This document shows, piece after piece, positions 43,846 through 60,800 of a stretch of DNA of 64,000 nucleotides. A model generated the notes under the pieces. That model did not search any database and was not told the DNA's origin. It saw only the letters and a program-made list of their open reading frames with translations. The first letter of the stretch is position 1. The number at the start of each line of letters is the position of its first letter. Origin of the DNA: Amoebidium appalachense (taxonomy: Eukaryota; Protista; Ichthyosporea); contig CAVNZM010000010.1 of NCBI GenBank assembly GCA_963693365.1, positions 6,015,794 to 6,079,793 of the forward strand, read 5' to 3'. The position numbers and the translations under genes were made by a program.

Positions 43846-44200
43846 GGCACAGTCTTGCTACCGCTAATACGAAGACCAGACTCACCCAAAGCTAAAAATA
43901 CTTTTTCACAATTATTAACTAACTCCTCAAATGACCTACCTTTAATCAAAACATCATCCAAATAAGGGTGGCATACATCCAAATGAGGGTGGAGAATTTT
44001 ATACATTACCCGGCACAACATAGCTGGAGAGGAGAGCAAACCCATCGGCACCACCTTGTACTGGAACAGCTGGTCACCCAGTGCAAAGGCAGTCTTTTCC
44101 TTGCTGCTCTCCTCCAACCTTATCTGCCAAAAAGCTGCTTTTAAATCAAGTTTAGCAAAGTGAGTATAGCCGTGCAGCTGTGAAAGCTGTGATATCTCCA
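43846..44200 (-). mobile_element. Ty3/Gypsy reverse transcriptase fragment, opposite orientation to the adjacent gag-protease
   Basis: FAKLDLKAAFWQI ... KTAFALGDQLFQYKVVPMGLLSSPA ... YLDDVLI (YLDD at 43953-43964). Confidence 0.92.
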
Positions 44201-45065
44201 GCTTGCTTCTCTTTCATGAGCATATCAATAAAGTCATTATAAAAAAGAAAATCATGGCCCTTTGTGGTACAGCGGACCCTGTGCCATCATCGACCCGAAT
44301 CGTTCCACACAGCTTCATGGCCCGACTGCAAACCGAGTCGACAACCAATCGAGCCCGGGCCCGACTTCAATTGCCAATCAGACTTCGGAATCAAAGGTTC
44401 TGTTACATTGGGCGAAAACAACCAATCAAAATCAATCGTTCCACTTCTGTATCATTTGGGCGGAATGAACCAATCAAAATCAAACGATTAATTGGACCTT
44501 TCTGATTGGCCTTCTCCCTCAACGTCTTCGTCCTTTCGGAGGAAGACATAACTCCATTTTTGGTGAACATTTTTGGTGAATGCCCAATTGGCTCGAGTAC
44601 GTGTGATGACATATATGTGGAAACCTCTTCACAGTGATATTGGCTTGGATGCAATATGAACTGCAGCTGTCTAACACATGCCGGATTCTGCAGGAACAGC
44701 ATAGCATATTCCTACTTTTTTATGTGTTTTATAAAAATATATCACTTCATACGGTCACGTAAGAGCCTTAACACAAGCTCCCATAGCAGTTTTTTTTCAG
44801 CCGTTGTAACAATCAGTTACAGTATATCAGAAATTACCGTCATATATCCTCTTATGGACTCATGAAAAACTGACCGAAACGGTACACTAAGCTCCCTAGT
44901 ACCTAAATACAAAAGCAGACAGCGACACATTCATGCCATCATTCGGGGGGAAATCAAAACATACAAATTGAGTACTGTACCGTCCGAATTCGAAGCTAAA
45001 CCAACCACACTGCATACAGACATGTGACCTTCGGTGCAGTCACATTGGTTTCATACAATGCACAC

Positions 45066-45236
<171 letters not shown>

Positions 45237-45237
45237 T

Positions 45238-45435
45238 TCAGTGGGCGTCTGCTGCAGCCACCAGATCCTCGACCACGGGGGCGCAGACAAATCTCTGGTT
45301 GATGTCGCCCATCATCAGCAGCTGCCCGTGCTCGGGGGAGATGGCCGTGACCGACTGGGAGAATGCAACCTGTGTGCCTGGCTTCACCTGCACAAAAAAA
45401 AGTTCGCGTCAAGCCTTTACATGCCCTTGCCCTAC

Positions 45436-45484
<49 letters not shown>

Positions 45485-46576
45485 ACCCAACCCCCCACCC
45501 ACACACACTACCCACCCTCCCCCCTACCCACACACACCACCCACCCTCCCCCCTTATCCACAAACACACACAAACACACACACACACACCCGTCCCCTGC
45601 ACACACACACACACACACCACACCAGCGCGCCCCCACACACACACACAAACCCAGACTGAGCTTTTCTCTGATTCTTTCTTTTCTCCCCTCCCTCCCCCC
45701 CTTCTGCACGGACGCACGACGCCGCAAGCAAGCACCATCACCACCCATCCCGCACCCCAACATACACCGTACGTGAGCACAGACACACCCGCCCCCGCCC
45801 CCCTACACCCCCCCCCCCCCCTTCCCCCCTCCCAACACACGTGAGATCTCTCAACCCCCAACCCCCGGGAAAACACATACATACATATACACACCCAAAA
45901 AAAAAAAAAAAAAAATACAAACTAAATAATCAAATATATAAAAGAAAGCAGGAAGCAGTAGCCACCACACATACCTCCATAACCACCTCCCCGAGCTTCA
46001 GTGTCACACGACCCGACCGGTGAAACCTCAGCTTGCCCATGTAACCATCCTCCAAGGGACCCAGTCGGTCTTTAAACCCCTCCCCATCGCCCAACCCCAT
46101 GCTGCTAGGCTTGGGTAGCTCGGGCTTTGAGGGATCGGGGGCAGGAAGAGACACGGGGATGGCAGGTGGCAGTTGGAAAAACATAAGGGGACCCTTCCAT
46201 AGCTCATTCATCTGTGGGTTGACATGACGTGGGGTGAGTATCAAACAAACCTATTGGCAAGTTATATAATATTTGCGCTGTATGTCACACATCAAATCAG
46301 CATGCACACCGGTATGTAAAGCTTGCAAAAATATAATTGGTTGGGTTTCTTCGGCTAGAGTATGACTTACCAAGCCCTCATCCCGTCTGACCAATTACGC
46401 AATTCGAAAAGTCCTGGTTTACAATTTCCCGCGCGGATATTCAACACAAAGATAGTAAACTGCGTGGTTTGCCAGCAAGTTTCATGCAAAGCGGGGGCAA
46501 ATTAAGGACCACTCCCACTTGGGGAAAAAAACCTTGACGACCCCCCTCCCCCCCCTCCTTCCCCCCGCCCCTTCTT

Positions 46577-46628
<52 letters not shown>

Positions 46629-49600
46629 GCACACACACACACGCACCCACACCCACACCCACACCCTCCCTTGCTCCTTCCCTCCCTCCTTCCCCCCTTT
46701 CTTCCACACCCACCCACCCACCCACCCACCCACCCACCCACCCACCCACCACCACCACTACCACCACCACCACCTTCTTCCCAACAAGCACTAAAAAGTA
46801 GGGGAAAAGGAGGGGGAAACGGGCAGAATGAACGTGTGTGCAGGAGTCACACGTAAACCCACCCATGCGTACCGTTGCTGAAAATTCGCCAGGGAAAGTG
46901 GGGGAAGGGGGGGGGGGGGGGGGGGGGGGGATGCCTACAGCATAGTTTGCGTTTGCCGTGCGCTTAAAGAATGCTGCCGTGTCTGCATCTCCCTGTGCAT
47001 CCTGCCCCGTCACCTTGGATTCCACAGTCACCTCCACCTCTGCACACACACACATCTTCAGTTAGACTATCTGCTGTGAAAAGAGCGGGGGAGGGGAGGG
47101 GAGGGGAAGGGGGGGGGAGGGAATGCGCTGTTAAGTATGACGTACACGTAAACAACGGACAACGTGATGCAGAGTGCAAACCACACATAAAAAGTATGCA
47201 GAGCCCATCTTCAAGGGGGACCCACGTCATCGGGGGAAGGGGGGGGGGGGGGGGGGGGAGGGGGGAAAGAGTAAAGTCTATCCTTCATGTCCCCTGAGAA
47301 GCCAACACGCAGTTGTGGCACGGGCGCGAGCGCGCACACATACATACACACACAGAGAGAAATAGAGAGACACATGCACGCACACTTACACAGGCACCCT
47401 CGAGCGCGCACACGCACGCACGCACACACACTTAAGCACGCACACACACACACGCAGCAACTCCCCTCCTATTAGTTCCCTCAAATTGGTAAAGGCCCTC
47501 ACTTTTGTATAACAGGTCATGAGCAAAATGCATTATATTCCCAGGGCAAACACCGAGCACACGAGGGGTTTCGGGAAAGCATGAAAAAGGGGGGGGGGGA
47601 GGGGAGGGGGGAGGGAGGGGGACTGGCTCTTACCATTCAGCTCTTCATCAGCCCCAACCTCAGCTTTGACTCGAACCGTCTCTGACGCCGCTGCACACAC
47701 AAGAAAAAAAGGGGAGGGGGGGGGGGGGGGGGGGGGTAGTGTTAGTGCATGCACTATTTTGGGACTGATGAATGACACCTCACCGAGGAACGACTACTGT
47801 AAGCAAAATAGTTTAAAAACAAGTGTGGTGTGCACGCCATGTATTATGCGTCTATGTGTACAACTGACGTGGCATGGGGCAGACTGTGTGTCGAAGCATC
47901 AACTTACCCTGCTCACGGTTCTTCTTTGCCCGGTAGTTGGACATGGGGAGCGCCGTAGGCTCCATCCCTACGCCATCTCCTGCCAACTGCGAATAATCCT
48001 CTGTTTCCTGTGTGGGTGTGTTTGAAGGGTTAGAAATGTGGCTTCAAGAAACCTGCGTATTTATTATTATGTCGTGTATATTCATAGAGGTGTGCATGCT
48101 CACAGGAATGCACACCCTCGCGCACGCACACAAACACAAACAGACATATTAGCATGCAGGAAACCTATTTGATGTTGCCACACAAATGCACATGTACCCT
48201 GACTGCCGTCTCGGCCAGCTACAAAATCAACACGTGTTCAGTCATGAGCCTTTTTGTGGATGTGTAAATTGATTGATAAAGTGTGAAACTTATTCCATGG
48301 TTGACTAAAGGTACGTGTGCTTGTACAGACTAAGGTTCACACAGCTGTAATGTATTGTGCTTGTGTGTTTTGTGTATGTTGACCGCTGTCTATGCTCTGT
48401 CCCTTCTTCAACCCCGCTTCACACGGGGAGGTGAAGAAGAAAGACAGAGGCATCCTGCGTGGGTGTGCAGACGGGCCGATGGTGGTGTAGTGATGGCGAA
48501 TCTTGTTTTTAGTTTTTTTTTGGGGGGGGGTTGTTTGTTTCTTTGGTGTGTATGTGTTTGTGAGTGTGGGGGTGGGTGAGCGGGTGAGCGGGTGTGTAAG
48601 TTCGTGGGTGGGTGAGGGGGAGGGCGGGGGAGGGGGGGGGGGGGGGGGGGAGGATTGGCCAAATGCCGAAGACAACCCAGTGAAAAACGGATGATGTTGT
48701 GTGGAAAAGAGGTGTCGGCAACTTCTGGAAAAAGAAGGGGGGGGGAGGGGGGGGGGGGGGGGGGGGGGGAGGGGGAGTAGGGGAGAATGAGTGGGCGATG
48801 GGGGGGGAGGGGGGTTTGAATGCGTCATAAAGCACGAAGTACACAAGAACAACGGATAACACGATGCAGAATGCAAACCATACATAAAGAGTATGCATAA
48901 CAAGCAGAGCCCATCCTCAGGGGGGGCCCACGTCATCCACAGTACCCGAATTTCGACCTTTTCACCTCGTTAACGAAACCCAACTCAGATACTGTTTCAC
49001 TTGAACATGGGTAGGTCACCCGTCTTGATCAGAGACGAGCGTGGTTACTTGGGGGGGGAGGGGGACGGGGGGGGGGGGATATACCTCATCATCGCGGGCT
49101 TGGGAACTGCCACCAATGCGAACGTCCATCTCCTCAGACATGATGGCAATGTTGCCCCCTGCAGAATACATGAAAGCAGTTAGAAGTCATAGAGTCGAGT
49201 TGCCGAATATCCTTCTTGCCAAAATTGTGACAGGTAGGGAACAAAGTTGAATTCTGGCAGCAATATGTACATATACATATAAGTAGATAATGATAACAAT
49301 ATATTTGCATCTGGTATGACACGCTCGTGGCCATATTCGTTTCTTTTCGTTTGTTTGAGAACCCATAAATTCCCTTCCACGGCACCCACTAATGTATCTT
49401 GGAAAACACGTGTTGATATTGCTGTCTTTTAGCACCACTACTAGGTTCTAATGCAACATTCGCCACACACAAAACCTCATACTATATAGGGATATACGGA
49501 ATCATACATCCTATACAGTAAAGAGATATGCAGATATTTGAAAAATAATATTGGATAATCAATACCATACTATATACTGGGGAGACACAAACATGTCATA

Positions 49601-52600
49601 TTTTCAATACAGCAACAAAAATACTAAGAAATACACACGTGTTCTAGAAAAAACCTTGACTACAAACGAAGAACACGTCACTATATCTAAAAATACGATA
49701 TCATTCTTAAATAATCAATACAAAAATACAAATACCAGAGATATATTCAAACATTCACAAGTTATTTAAGGAATTCGTACTCACCGTGTGCACCGCTTGA
49801 GGCCCCCACGGGACCTTGAGAGAAGAGACCATAGTTTTCAATCAGCACCGGCTTTCTGTCCCGTTTTTCCACCTTCGGTTTTGTCTGCTGCACCGTGGCA
49901 CCAAAGTGTTAGTTCACACACAAGAAGAAATATTTAATACTTTGGCGTAAACAAGGACCAATCAGCAATGTTCTTTGTCACGGATTGCCGTGAAGGGGAA
50001 TCCATAGTATCGTCATACTGGCCACTCAATGTTTTATTTACCCTCCCCTCACCCCACCTTCTCCCCCCCCTCCCTCCCCCCCAAAAAAAAACACACCCAC
50101 CATCACCACCACCACCAACACACACACACACACACACACACAAACAAACACACACGTGCGCGCGCACACGCACGCACGCACACACACACACACACACACA
50201 CGTAACACACACGCGCGCACACACACCTCCCTCGGTTTTAGGTTCCCAGGTTAAGTCTGGCTTGGTTGGGTTTGCTGTGCTTGTTGTTGGTTCCTTTTTC
50301 TTTTTTGTGCCCCCCCCCCCTCCCCCCCTCCCCCCCCCCCCCCTCCCCCCCCCCCCCCCCCCCCCAACCCACACACACAACTTCCCCACAGCCACTGCCA
50401 CCACCAATTCTGACGACGTCCACCCTGCCTGACTCTTTTTCACGAATCTCTCTTTTCTTCTTGTCCCCCCCCCCCCCCCTGATTTTTCTTATCACGGGAG
50501 GGGGGGGGAGGGGGGGAGGGGGGGGGGGGGTGCGGATCATCATCTAATAAGTCTCTGCCAACTACATCTACATGTTCCAGTTACAGGCATACAAGCAACC
50601 CGCAGGAAACCAACCTGTGTTTCGCTCTCCTTTGGAGCACTGGACTCTTGAGGAGTAGAGGGTCGGCTGCAACGAGCAGAAATTGATCATCTACGAGCTG
50701 GCTATAAAATGCCACATGTTCATAATGGACTTACAGCGATAGAAAATCTGATCCCAACCAAACCAAGGAATAGGAAAAGGGGGGGGAAGTTCTTGTGCCA
50801 AAAAAAATTTAATGAACATTCAGCAGAGGGGGGAGGGAGGGAGGGAGGGGAGGGGGGGGGGGGGGGAGGGGAGGGAGGAAGGGTTATACTGTGTTACCCG
50901 GTACGAGGTACGTATTCACAAGGGACAACACCGTGCAGATTTGGCAAGCCATACATAAATTGAGGGAGAGGGTGTGTGTGTGTGCCGGGGGGGGGGGGGG
51001 GGGGGGGAGGGGGGAGGGAGGGGGGGAATTCATGGCAGAACACAAGTACCATGTGCGTGCAAGCATGTACTCGTGCAGAACCCTCATTATATCTGCTTCT
51101 GCCTAAAATCATTATCACCGTTTCCCAACACGAGGAAAATATGACGTCGGTATGGCTTCGATATACCACACCAATAACTGCATAAAACGATTGGCTTTGC
51201 CCATGTACCGGTGACATGCAAAAATCCTCGTTAGGTCGGTGGTGTTCACATGAGAAAAAAAAAAAGGGAGAGGGGAGGGGGGGAAGGTCGTTACCTTTCT
51301 GACTTGACTTTCATCGGGATTCGTGGAGCAAAGGTTCTCTGTAGGGAGGGAAAGTGTGTGAGTGGATTAGTGCTTGCTGGAACATAGGATGCAGGAAAAC
51401 GTTTTAAAGCACTCCGGTTAACTATACACCAGCAGATAGAATTTCTGACTTGTGTCAATGTGATGTGGTGCCAAGGACTTAAATGCCGTTGTGAAGCCAC
51501 TCAATGCTGTGTGGGTGTGTACCAAAGTTTAGCTCTTTTGTGTTTTCCTGTTTCTGTATGCATACCTGTATGTACTTGTGTAAAATGGTTGCGTACATTG
51601 GCTGTGTGTGGGTGGGTGGGCGTTTATCATTGTGTGAGAGCATATCGAAGGCATATGCATGACAGGCAGGTGTGTATGTTCTTTAAGGCAAATATTATGT
51701 GCATGGGTGTCTCTGCATTCGATCTATCCCGTGTGTGTGTTTATGTGCAAAGTGCAAGTATTCAAACGTAAACCGAAGTAGCGGGATATGGGTGTGTTGC
51801 AAGAACCGAAGCATCATAAAGTGCTCTTTTCACCCCCTTGACTAGCAGCCCTCTCGAGTATTTTATTCCCCAACTTGAGTAACTTTTTTCCTGAGAAATA
51901 TACAGCCTTTACTGTTTACCTCAAACGCGTACGACCAATTTGTGTACCACCCACCAGTTGTAGCAAATACAGAACCACGTCCAAGTTTGAAGGAAGCCAA
52001 AGGGGGCAGGCGAGCGAGTGAGGAGAAAACGAGAGAGACGAGAGGGGAACGAGGGAGGGGGGGGGGGGCGCGACGGGGGGTGGGGGTGGGGTGGGTGGGG
52101 AGGGGGGGGGGGGGGGGGGGTAGAGAAAGAGAGATGGAGGGAGGGAGGGAGAGGGAGGGAGAAAGGGAGGGAGGGAGGGAGAGGGCGGGTTGGGCGGGAG
52201 AAAAGAGGGAGACAGAGGGGCAATGTGTGTGTCTGTGTGTGTGTGTGCGCGCGCAGTAGGACCTCAGTCTGACAGTGCTGTGTGTATGCCCATGCAAGTG
52301 ACGTGCAAAGCACCCCAGGAGTAAAACGATTGAATTTGAACACAACGGCGCAATTCGAACAAGAAAACAAGAGGAGCACATCACATACCTTAGCAACTCC
52401 TCCCAGTGTTCTCGGCCCAGTATTAACAGAGGCCAACCGACCCGGTGTAGACGGTCCCTCCGCCTGCCCCAGTGACCCAATAGTACCTATTTGGCGTGGA
52501 GCAGCACTCTCCCCTCCCAGACTCCCTGGCCTCCTCCCACCACCCAGCTCTCCGCTACCTAGGCTCCCTAGCCGCCTTGTAAGGTCCTCTGTTGCCCCCA

Positions 52601-52739
52601 AACGTCCTAGCGGTTTGTCTTTGCTCTCCCCCTTAACAGAACTCTTTGGCTTGGCTGGTGCCTTTTTCTCGTCTCCCTTTTCTCCATCATCCTGCTTTTT
52701 GGGCTTTTCGCCCCCCTTAGGAGGGCGTCCACCAGCCAT
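45238..52739 (-). CDS. POLR3D: RNA polymerase III subunit RPC4 (C53), about 10 exons
   Basis: N-terminal RTLGGVAK|RTFAPRIP, then GLFSQGP, then the C-terminal Rpc4 domain LMFFQLP ... GYMGKLRFHRSGRVTLKLGEVVME|VKPGTQVAFSQ ... MGDINQRFVCAP. Stop at 45238-45240. Middle exons are approximate. Confidence 0.9.
47120..48936. repeat. Two diverged ~115-bp direct copies (about 47120-47231 and 48818-48936) in different RPC4 introns
   Basis: Shared aacaacgga...gatgcaga(g/a)tgcaaacca(c/t)acataaa...agtatgca...gcagagcccatc...cccacgtcatc. Confidence 0.85.
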
Positions 52740-53846
52740 CCTGACGCCTAGGAATAAGCACAAAGACAGCTGTGTTACGTATAGCTACTGCAATGTTCAA
52801 GCCACCCTCAAACCAGCTGCCTGCTAACCCTTCTTTCTGTTCTGAACCCAGAGACGTATGCGCAAAGCGAATCTGTGTTTCTCTCTCTAATGGCAAGCAC
52901 GCTTCTCTCTGAGCTCTCTGACTGACTTCGTTTTGTGCCGTCATCCGTGCTTCTTTTCAGTGCACATGTATGCTGCTCTGTAAGCCAATCAGAAAGGTTT
53001 TTTGTTTGCGTAAACTTCATTATGTCTCCACTGTTGATTGGTTGATATTAATCCAATCAGATATGTAAATAGATTCACCCCAGACCACAACAGATCCACC
53101 ATCAATGCGCAAGGCCGCTGATACAGTACCGGTGCGCATATGCATTCGTGCGAGCTTTGCTACGTCCCAGATGGTGTGAAAGGCTGACAGCTCACCTGAC
53201 ATGGGCACACGCTGTGAACATGTGTCATCTTTACATATCGTTTTACTCATTCCCCAACCGTGCGTGTCTAAATGTCAGGATGTACGTACACCGCGGGTAC
53301 GGCCGCGGTGGCCACCACACGAAGTACATGAAAAACGGCGGCCCGCGGCGTACAACTGACAATATTTCCCTAAACGGACGAACAAAAACTATATCCTGAA
53401 ATTACAGTAATTCCACGTCCCCGCAAGTGAGAACTGGAATCCTTTTGATTATTTTATAGGCCTATGCCTCTTGGCCGTTCGAAAGGTACCACCACCCGAA
53501 ACGAGAGCTGCGGCTTCGCCTACTGAATGCGAGTCGCACGTGAACAAGTTGGTATGCAACGTGTCTCGCCTTTTTAAAGCCACTCACATCCATATATGGG
53601 TTTACATGGGTACACGAGCGAACCAAGCATGCGTTCAGCATGACATCTCATAGTTAGTTGCAGATATCAAAGGCCAACCTGGTTGCTTGATGGTCACAGT
53701 ACTAGTGTGGCGCTGAATTCGAAAAGTTGGCGCTCGTAGAATCATCAGACTGGTGAAGGTTGGCAGTTCAGTTCTCGTTTCTATAGCTAACAAAGCGTCC
53801 GCTGTCATAAGTACCTAGAAAAAACGTAGATAAAATCACAGCCACC
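52740..53846. promoter_or_regulatory. Putative bidirectional promoter between RPC4 and LOX
   Basis: Divergent starts about 1.1 kb apart. The region is free of microsatellites and has CCAAT/ATTGG motifs at about 52985, 53037 and 53053. Confidence 0.5.
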
Positions 53847-57101
<3,255 letters not shown>

Positions 57102-57860
57102 GGCTTTTGAAAAACTTCAGTTTTCTCAGCCAACGGAAGAGTGTGGTGGGGAACGGGGGGGTTATGATATAGGTAGAGGAAGACACTTCGACAGGGCCCT
57201 TAAATGTGAATTTCAAGCATGGGTGTATTGAATGTAGCCAAAAATCTCTATTTTTAGAGTGTCCATCTCTGGTGTATTGTTATTTTACTATCCTAGTTTT
57301 TGTTCGCTCTGTAATAGCGCAAAAGTTCCCAATTAGAAACACGAGTTACTGTGCACTGGCTGTATAAACGGAAATCAATGGATTACAGCTGTTCGACTTT
57401 GTGTTGGCCATTTAGATATTGCATATCACACCATCTATTTGGGAAGCCTCGGACTGTGCCATTTTACAAGCACCACTGGCTGTCCTGGGACGGTGGCTAA
57501 TAAACTGGATTATCGTGCTTGCCACAATGTTGCGATATGCCCAAGTCTCCACGGATTCGAACACTGCAATAGTTACTTTATTCTCATTCAATTACTTTTG
57601 GCTGCTCTTGCCTCCGTGCTCATGGAATAAGCTAATAAGCACCCTTACACGATCTTTCGCCTCCCTCCCCCTCCCCCCCCCCCCCCCCCCTTTCCTTCCC
57701 CCTCTATCTCTCTATCTCCCCCCCCCCCCCCTCTCCTTCCCTTCCCCCCTCTCTTTCTCTCTCTCTCCCTCTTTTCTTTCCTCGTCTCTCTCTCTTTCTC
57801 TTCCCCTCCCCCCTTTTTCTCTTTCTCTCTCCCCCCCTCCCCTCTCTCTCTCCCTCTCTC

Positions 57861-57962
<102 letters not shown>

Positions 57963-58419
57963 CCTCCCCCCTCCCCCTCCCCCCTCCCCCCCTCCCTCTC
58001 TCTCCCTCTTTCGCTCTTTCGCTCTCTCGCTCTCTCTTTCTCTCGCTCTCTCTCTCTCTCTTGCTCTGTCCCCTCTCCCCCCCCCCCCCCCCTCCCCTCC
58101 CCTCTTCCCCCCTCCAACCCCACCCCACTCTACCCCATCTCGCCCTGCAGTCGTACCATACCTCCATTCCTTTCCTTAGCATCCCCACCCCGTATAATGG
58201 GCCCCATGCTTTTTTGGTACAAAGTGAGGGACGAAGTTGTGTCGAAACCAGTCCAAAAAAATCCACGTACGCACTCTCCCCTCTCCCCCTCCCCTCGCCC
58301 TCCCCAGCCGGACACTTATCCACAACCCGTAGGCTCAATATGTCTCAGGTCGATCCGAAATCATAATACATAATGATGTATCTGCCCCCTCCCCCCTCCC
58401 CCCCCTCCCTTAACAAATC

Positions 58420-59104
58420 ACCCTCGGGTTTGGGGGCACACTTACTTATCATGCACACCTAACTGGTCCCCATGGTCGCGGCACAGGTGATCAATCAATT
58501 TTTATAAGTCTGTAATGCGACGGTAGTCTATTAGGTAAACACCGGAAGCGTCCTTACGAGCGTTCAAAACATTCGTCCCACAATCAGTCATCTTAGATCT
58601 GTAAGGTGTCATCAACAAGGCCCGGTCTAATAACATCTGGTGGCCGTCCCAACTAGATCCGGACTTCCTGTGCACACAGACTGCTGTGCATGCAAGGCGA
58701 ACACATGACATGTTGTCAGTGAGAAAAGGCGGTCACCAAGTTGAAAACCACAACTGCAGAAAACGACAAGTGCACACCCAAATGTGCCCCCCCATTCTCC
58801 CCCCGCTCCCTCTTCCCCCCCCCCTCCCCCCCCCCCCCCCCCCACCCTAACCCCCCTCCTCCCTTCCCCCCATAAATCTCACTCGGTTGTGGGGGCACAC
58901 GCTTACTCGGCACGTGCACCTAACTGCTCCCTATGGTCACGGCACAGGTGATTAACGCAATTGTGAATGATAACGACAAAGTCATCACTTAGTAAGATAT
59001 CGATAATTCTGACGAATTTAAGCATATGGGGGGAGAAAACAAATAAGAAAATTTGTGTGCATGTGTGTGTGTGTGTGTCTGTGTGTGTGTAATTGTAGTG
59101 TGTA

Positions 59105-59169
<65 letters not shown>

Positions 59170-59191
59170 ATGTGTGTGTGTGTGTGTGTGT

Positions 59192-59253
<62 letters not shown>

Positions 59254-59313
59254 AGGCTGTCTGTGTGTGGTTGTAGTGTGTGCCACACGGTGTGTGTGTG
59301 TGTGTGTGGGTGA

Positions 59314-59390
<77 letters not shown>

Positions 59391-59412
59391 AGTGTGCGTG
59401 TCTGTCTGCCTC

Positions 59413-59494
<82 letters not shown>

Positions 59495-59825
59495 TGTGTG
59501 TGCGTGTGCAAGTGTGTGCGTGTGTGCGTGTGTGTGTGTGTGTGTGTGCATATGTGTGCGTGCGTGTGTGTGTGTGAGCGCGTGCGTATGTGTGTGTGTG
59601 GGTGTTTGTGTGTGTCACGGTGTGTGTGTGTGTGTGTGTGCTGAGTGTGCTGTATGTGCTGACGGAGCAAAGCTGATTCTTGTGTAAGATGGCAGAGGGA
59701 GGGGGAAGGGGGAGGGGGAGAAGAAAGGGCCAGAAGGGAACTTCAGTCAGCGGGAGGGCAGAGAGGGGGGGGAATAAAGCCTTTGGCCTAGGGAAGGGAC
59801 CGTGTTTTTTTTTTGTTTTTTTTCT

Positions 59826-59892
<67 letters not shown>

Positions 59893-60578
59893 TTGAGGCC
59901 GGCGGAGGGGTCCATTTATTATGGCTCTTTCTTGTTTAACTAACCGGTCTGAGGGAGACAGTACATTAATCTCAGAAGGAAAAAATAATTAAAACCATCC
60001 CGGCAGCAACACTTTACACGATTTAAAAAACATTCTAACAAGACTGGAAGTGCCTTACGAGTGTTCAAAACATTTGACCCACAATCAGTCACTAAACATG
60101 CAGCTACATTAAAACCGGGGCCCGGTCTATTCATATCTGGTGGCAGCCTCAATTGGTCTACCTGTGCACACAGTCATGCTGTGCACACGGGTCTGGCACC
60201 TCTATTGTCACTGAGAAAAGACGGCCACCAAAACCACAACTGCAGAAAACGACATGGTGTTATACTCGGGGATGATCTGATGGGGTATACTCGGGGATGA
60301 TCTGCCCCCATCCATCCCCCTCTCCTTCCCCCCCCTCCCCCCCCCCCCCTCCCTCCCTCCACCCCCAACCTTCTTACCCTCTCTCCCTTCCCTCCACTCC
60401 CTCCCCCCTCCCCTCTTCCCTCCAAAAATCCCCCTTGGTTGTGGGGGCACACACTTACTCACCACCTACCTAACTGTTCCATGATTATCAATTGTAAATA
60501 ACGACGACAGAATTATGACATCGATGATTCTGATGATTTTAAGTATATGGGGGCAGAAAAAAAAGGATCAAAAAGAAA

Positions 60579-60664
<86 letters not shown>

Positions 60665-60701
60665 CTACGGTGTGTGTGTGTGTGTGTGTGTGTGTGTCTT
60701 G

Positions 60702-60768
<67 letters not shown>

Positions 60769-60800
60769 CGTGTGCGTGTGCGTGTGTGTGTGTGGGGAGG
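58420..60800. repeat. Degenerate tandem duplication with ~1.5-kb period plus a partial third copy
   Basis: ccttacgag(c/t)gttcaaaacatt...cccacaatcagtca at about 58552 and 60053. aaaaccacaactgcagaaaacgac at about 58744 and 60229. tgggggcacac...cacctaactg at about 58431, 58889 and 60443. The two full units each end in (TG)n. Confidence 0.85.
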
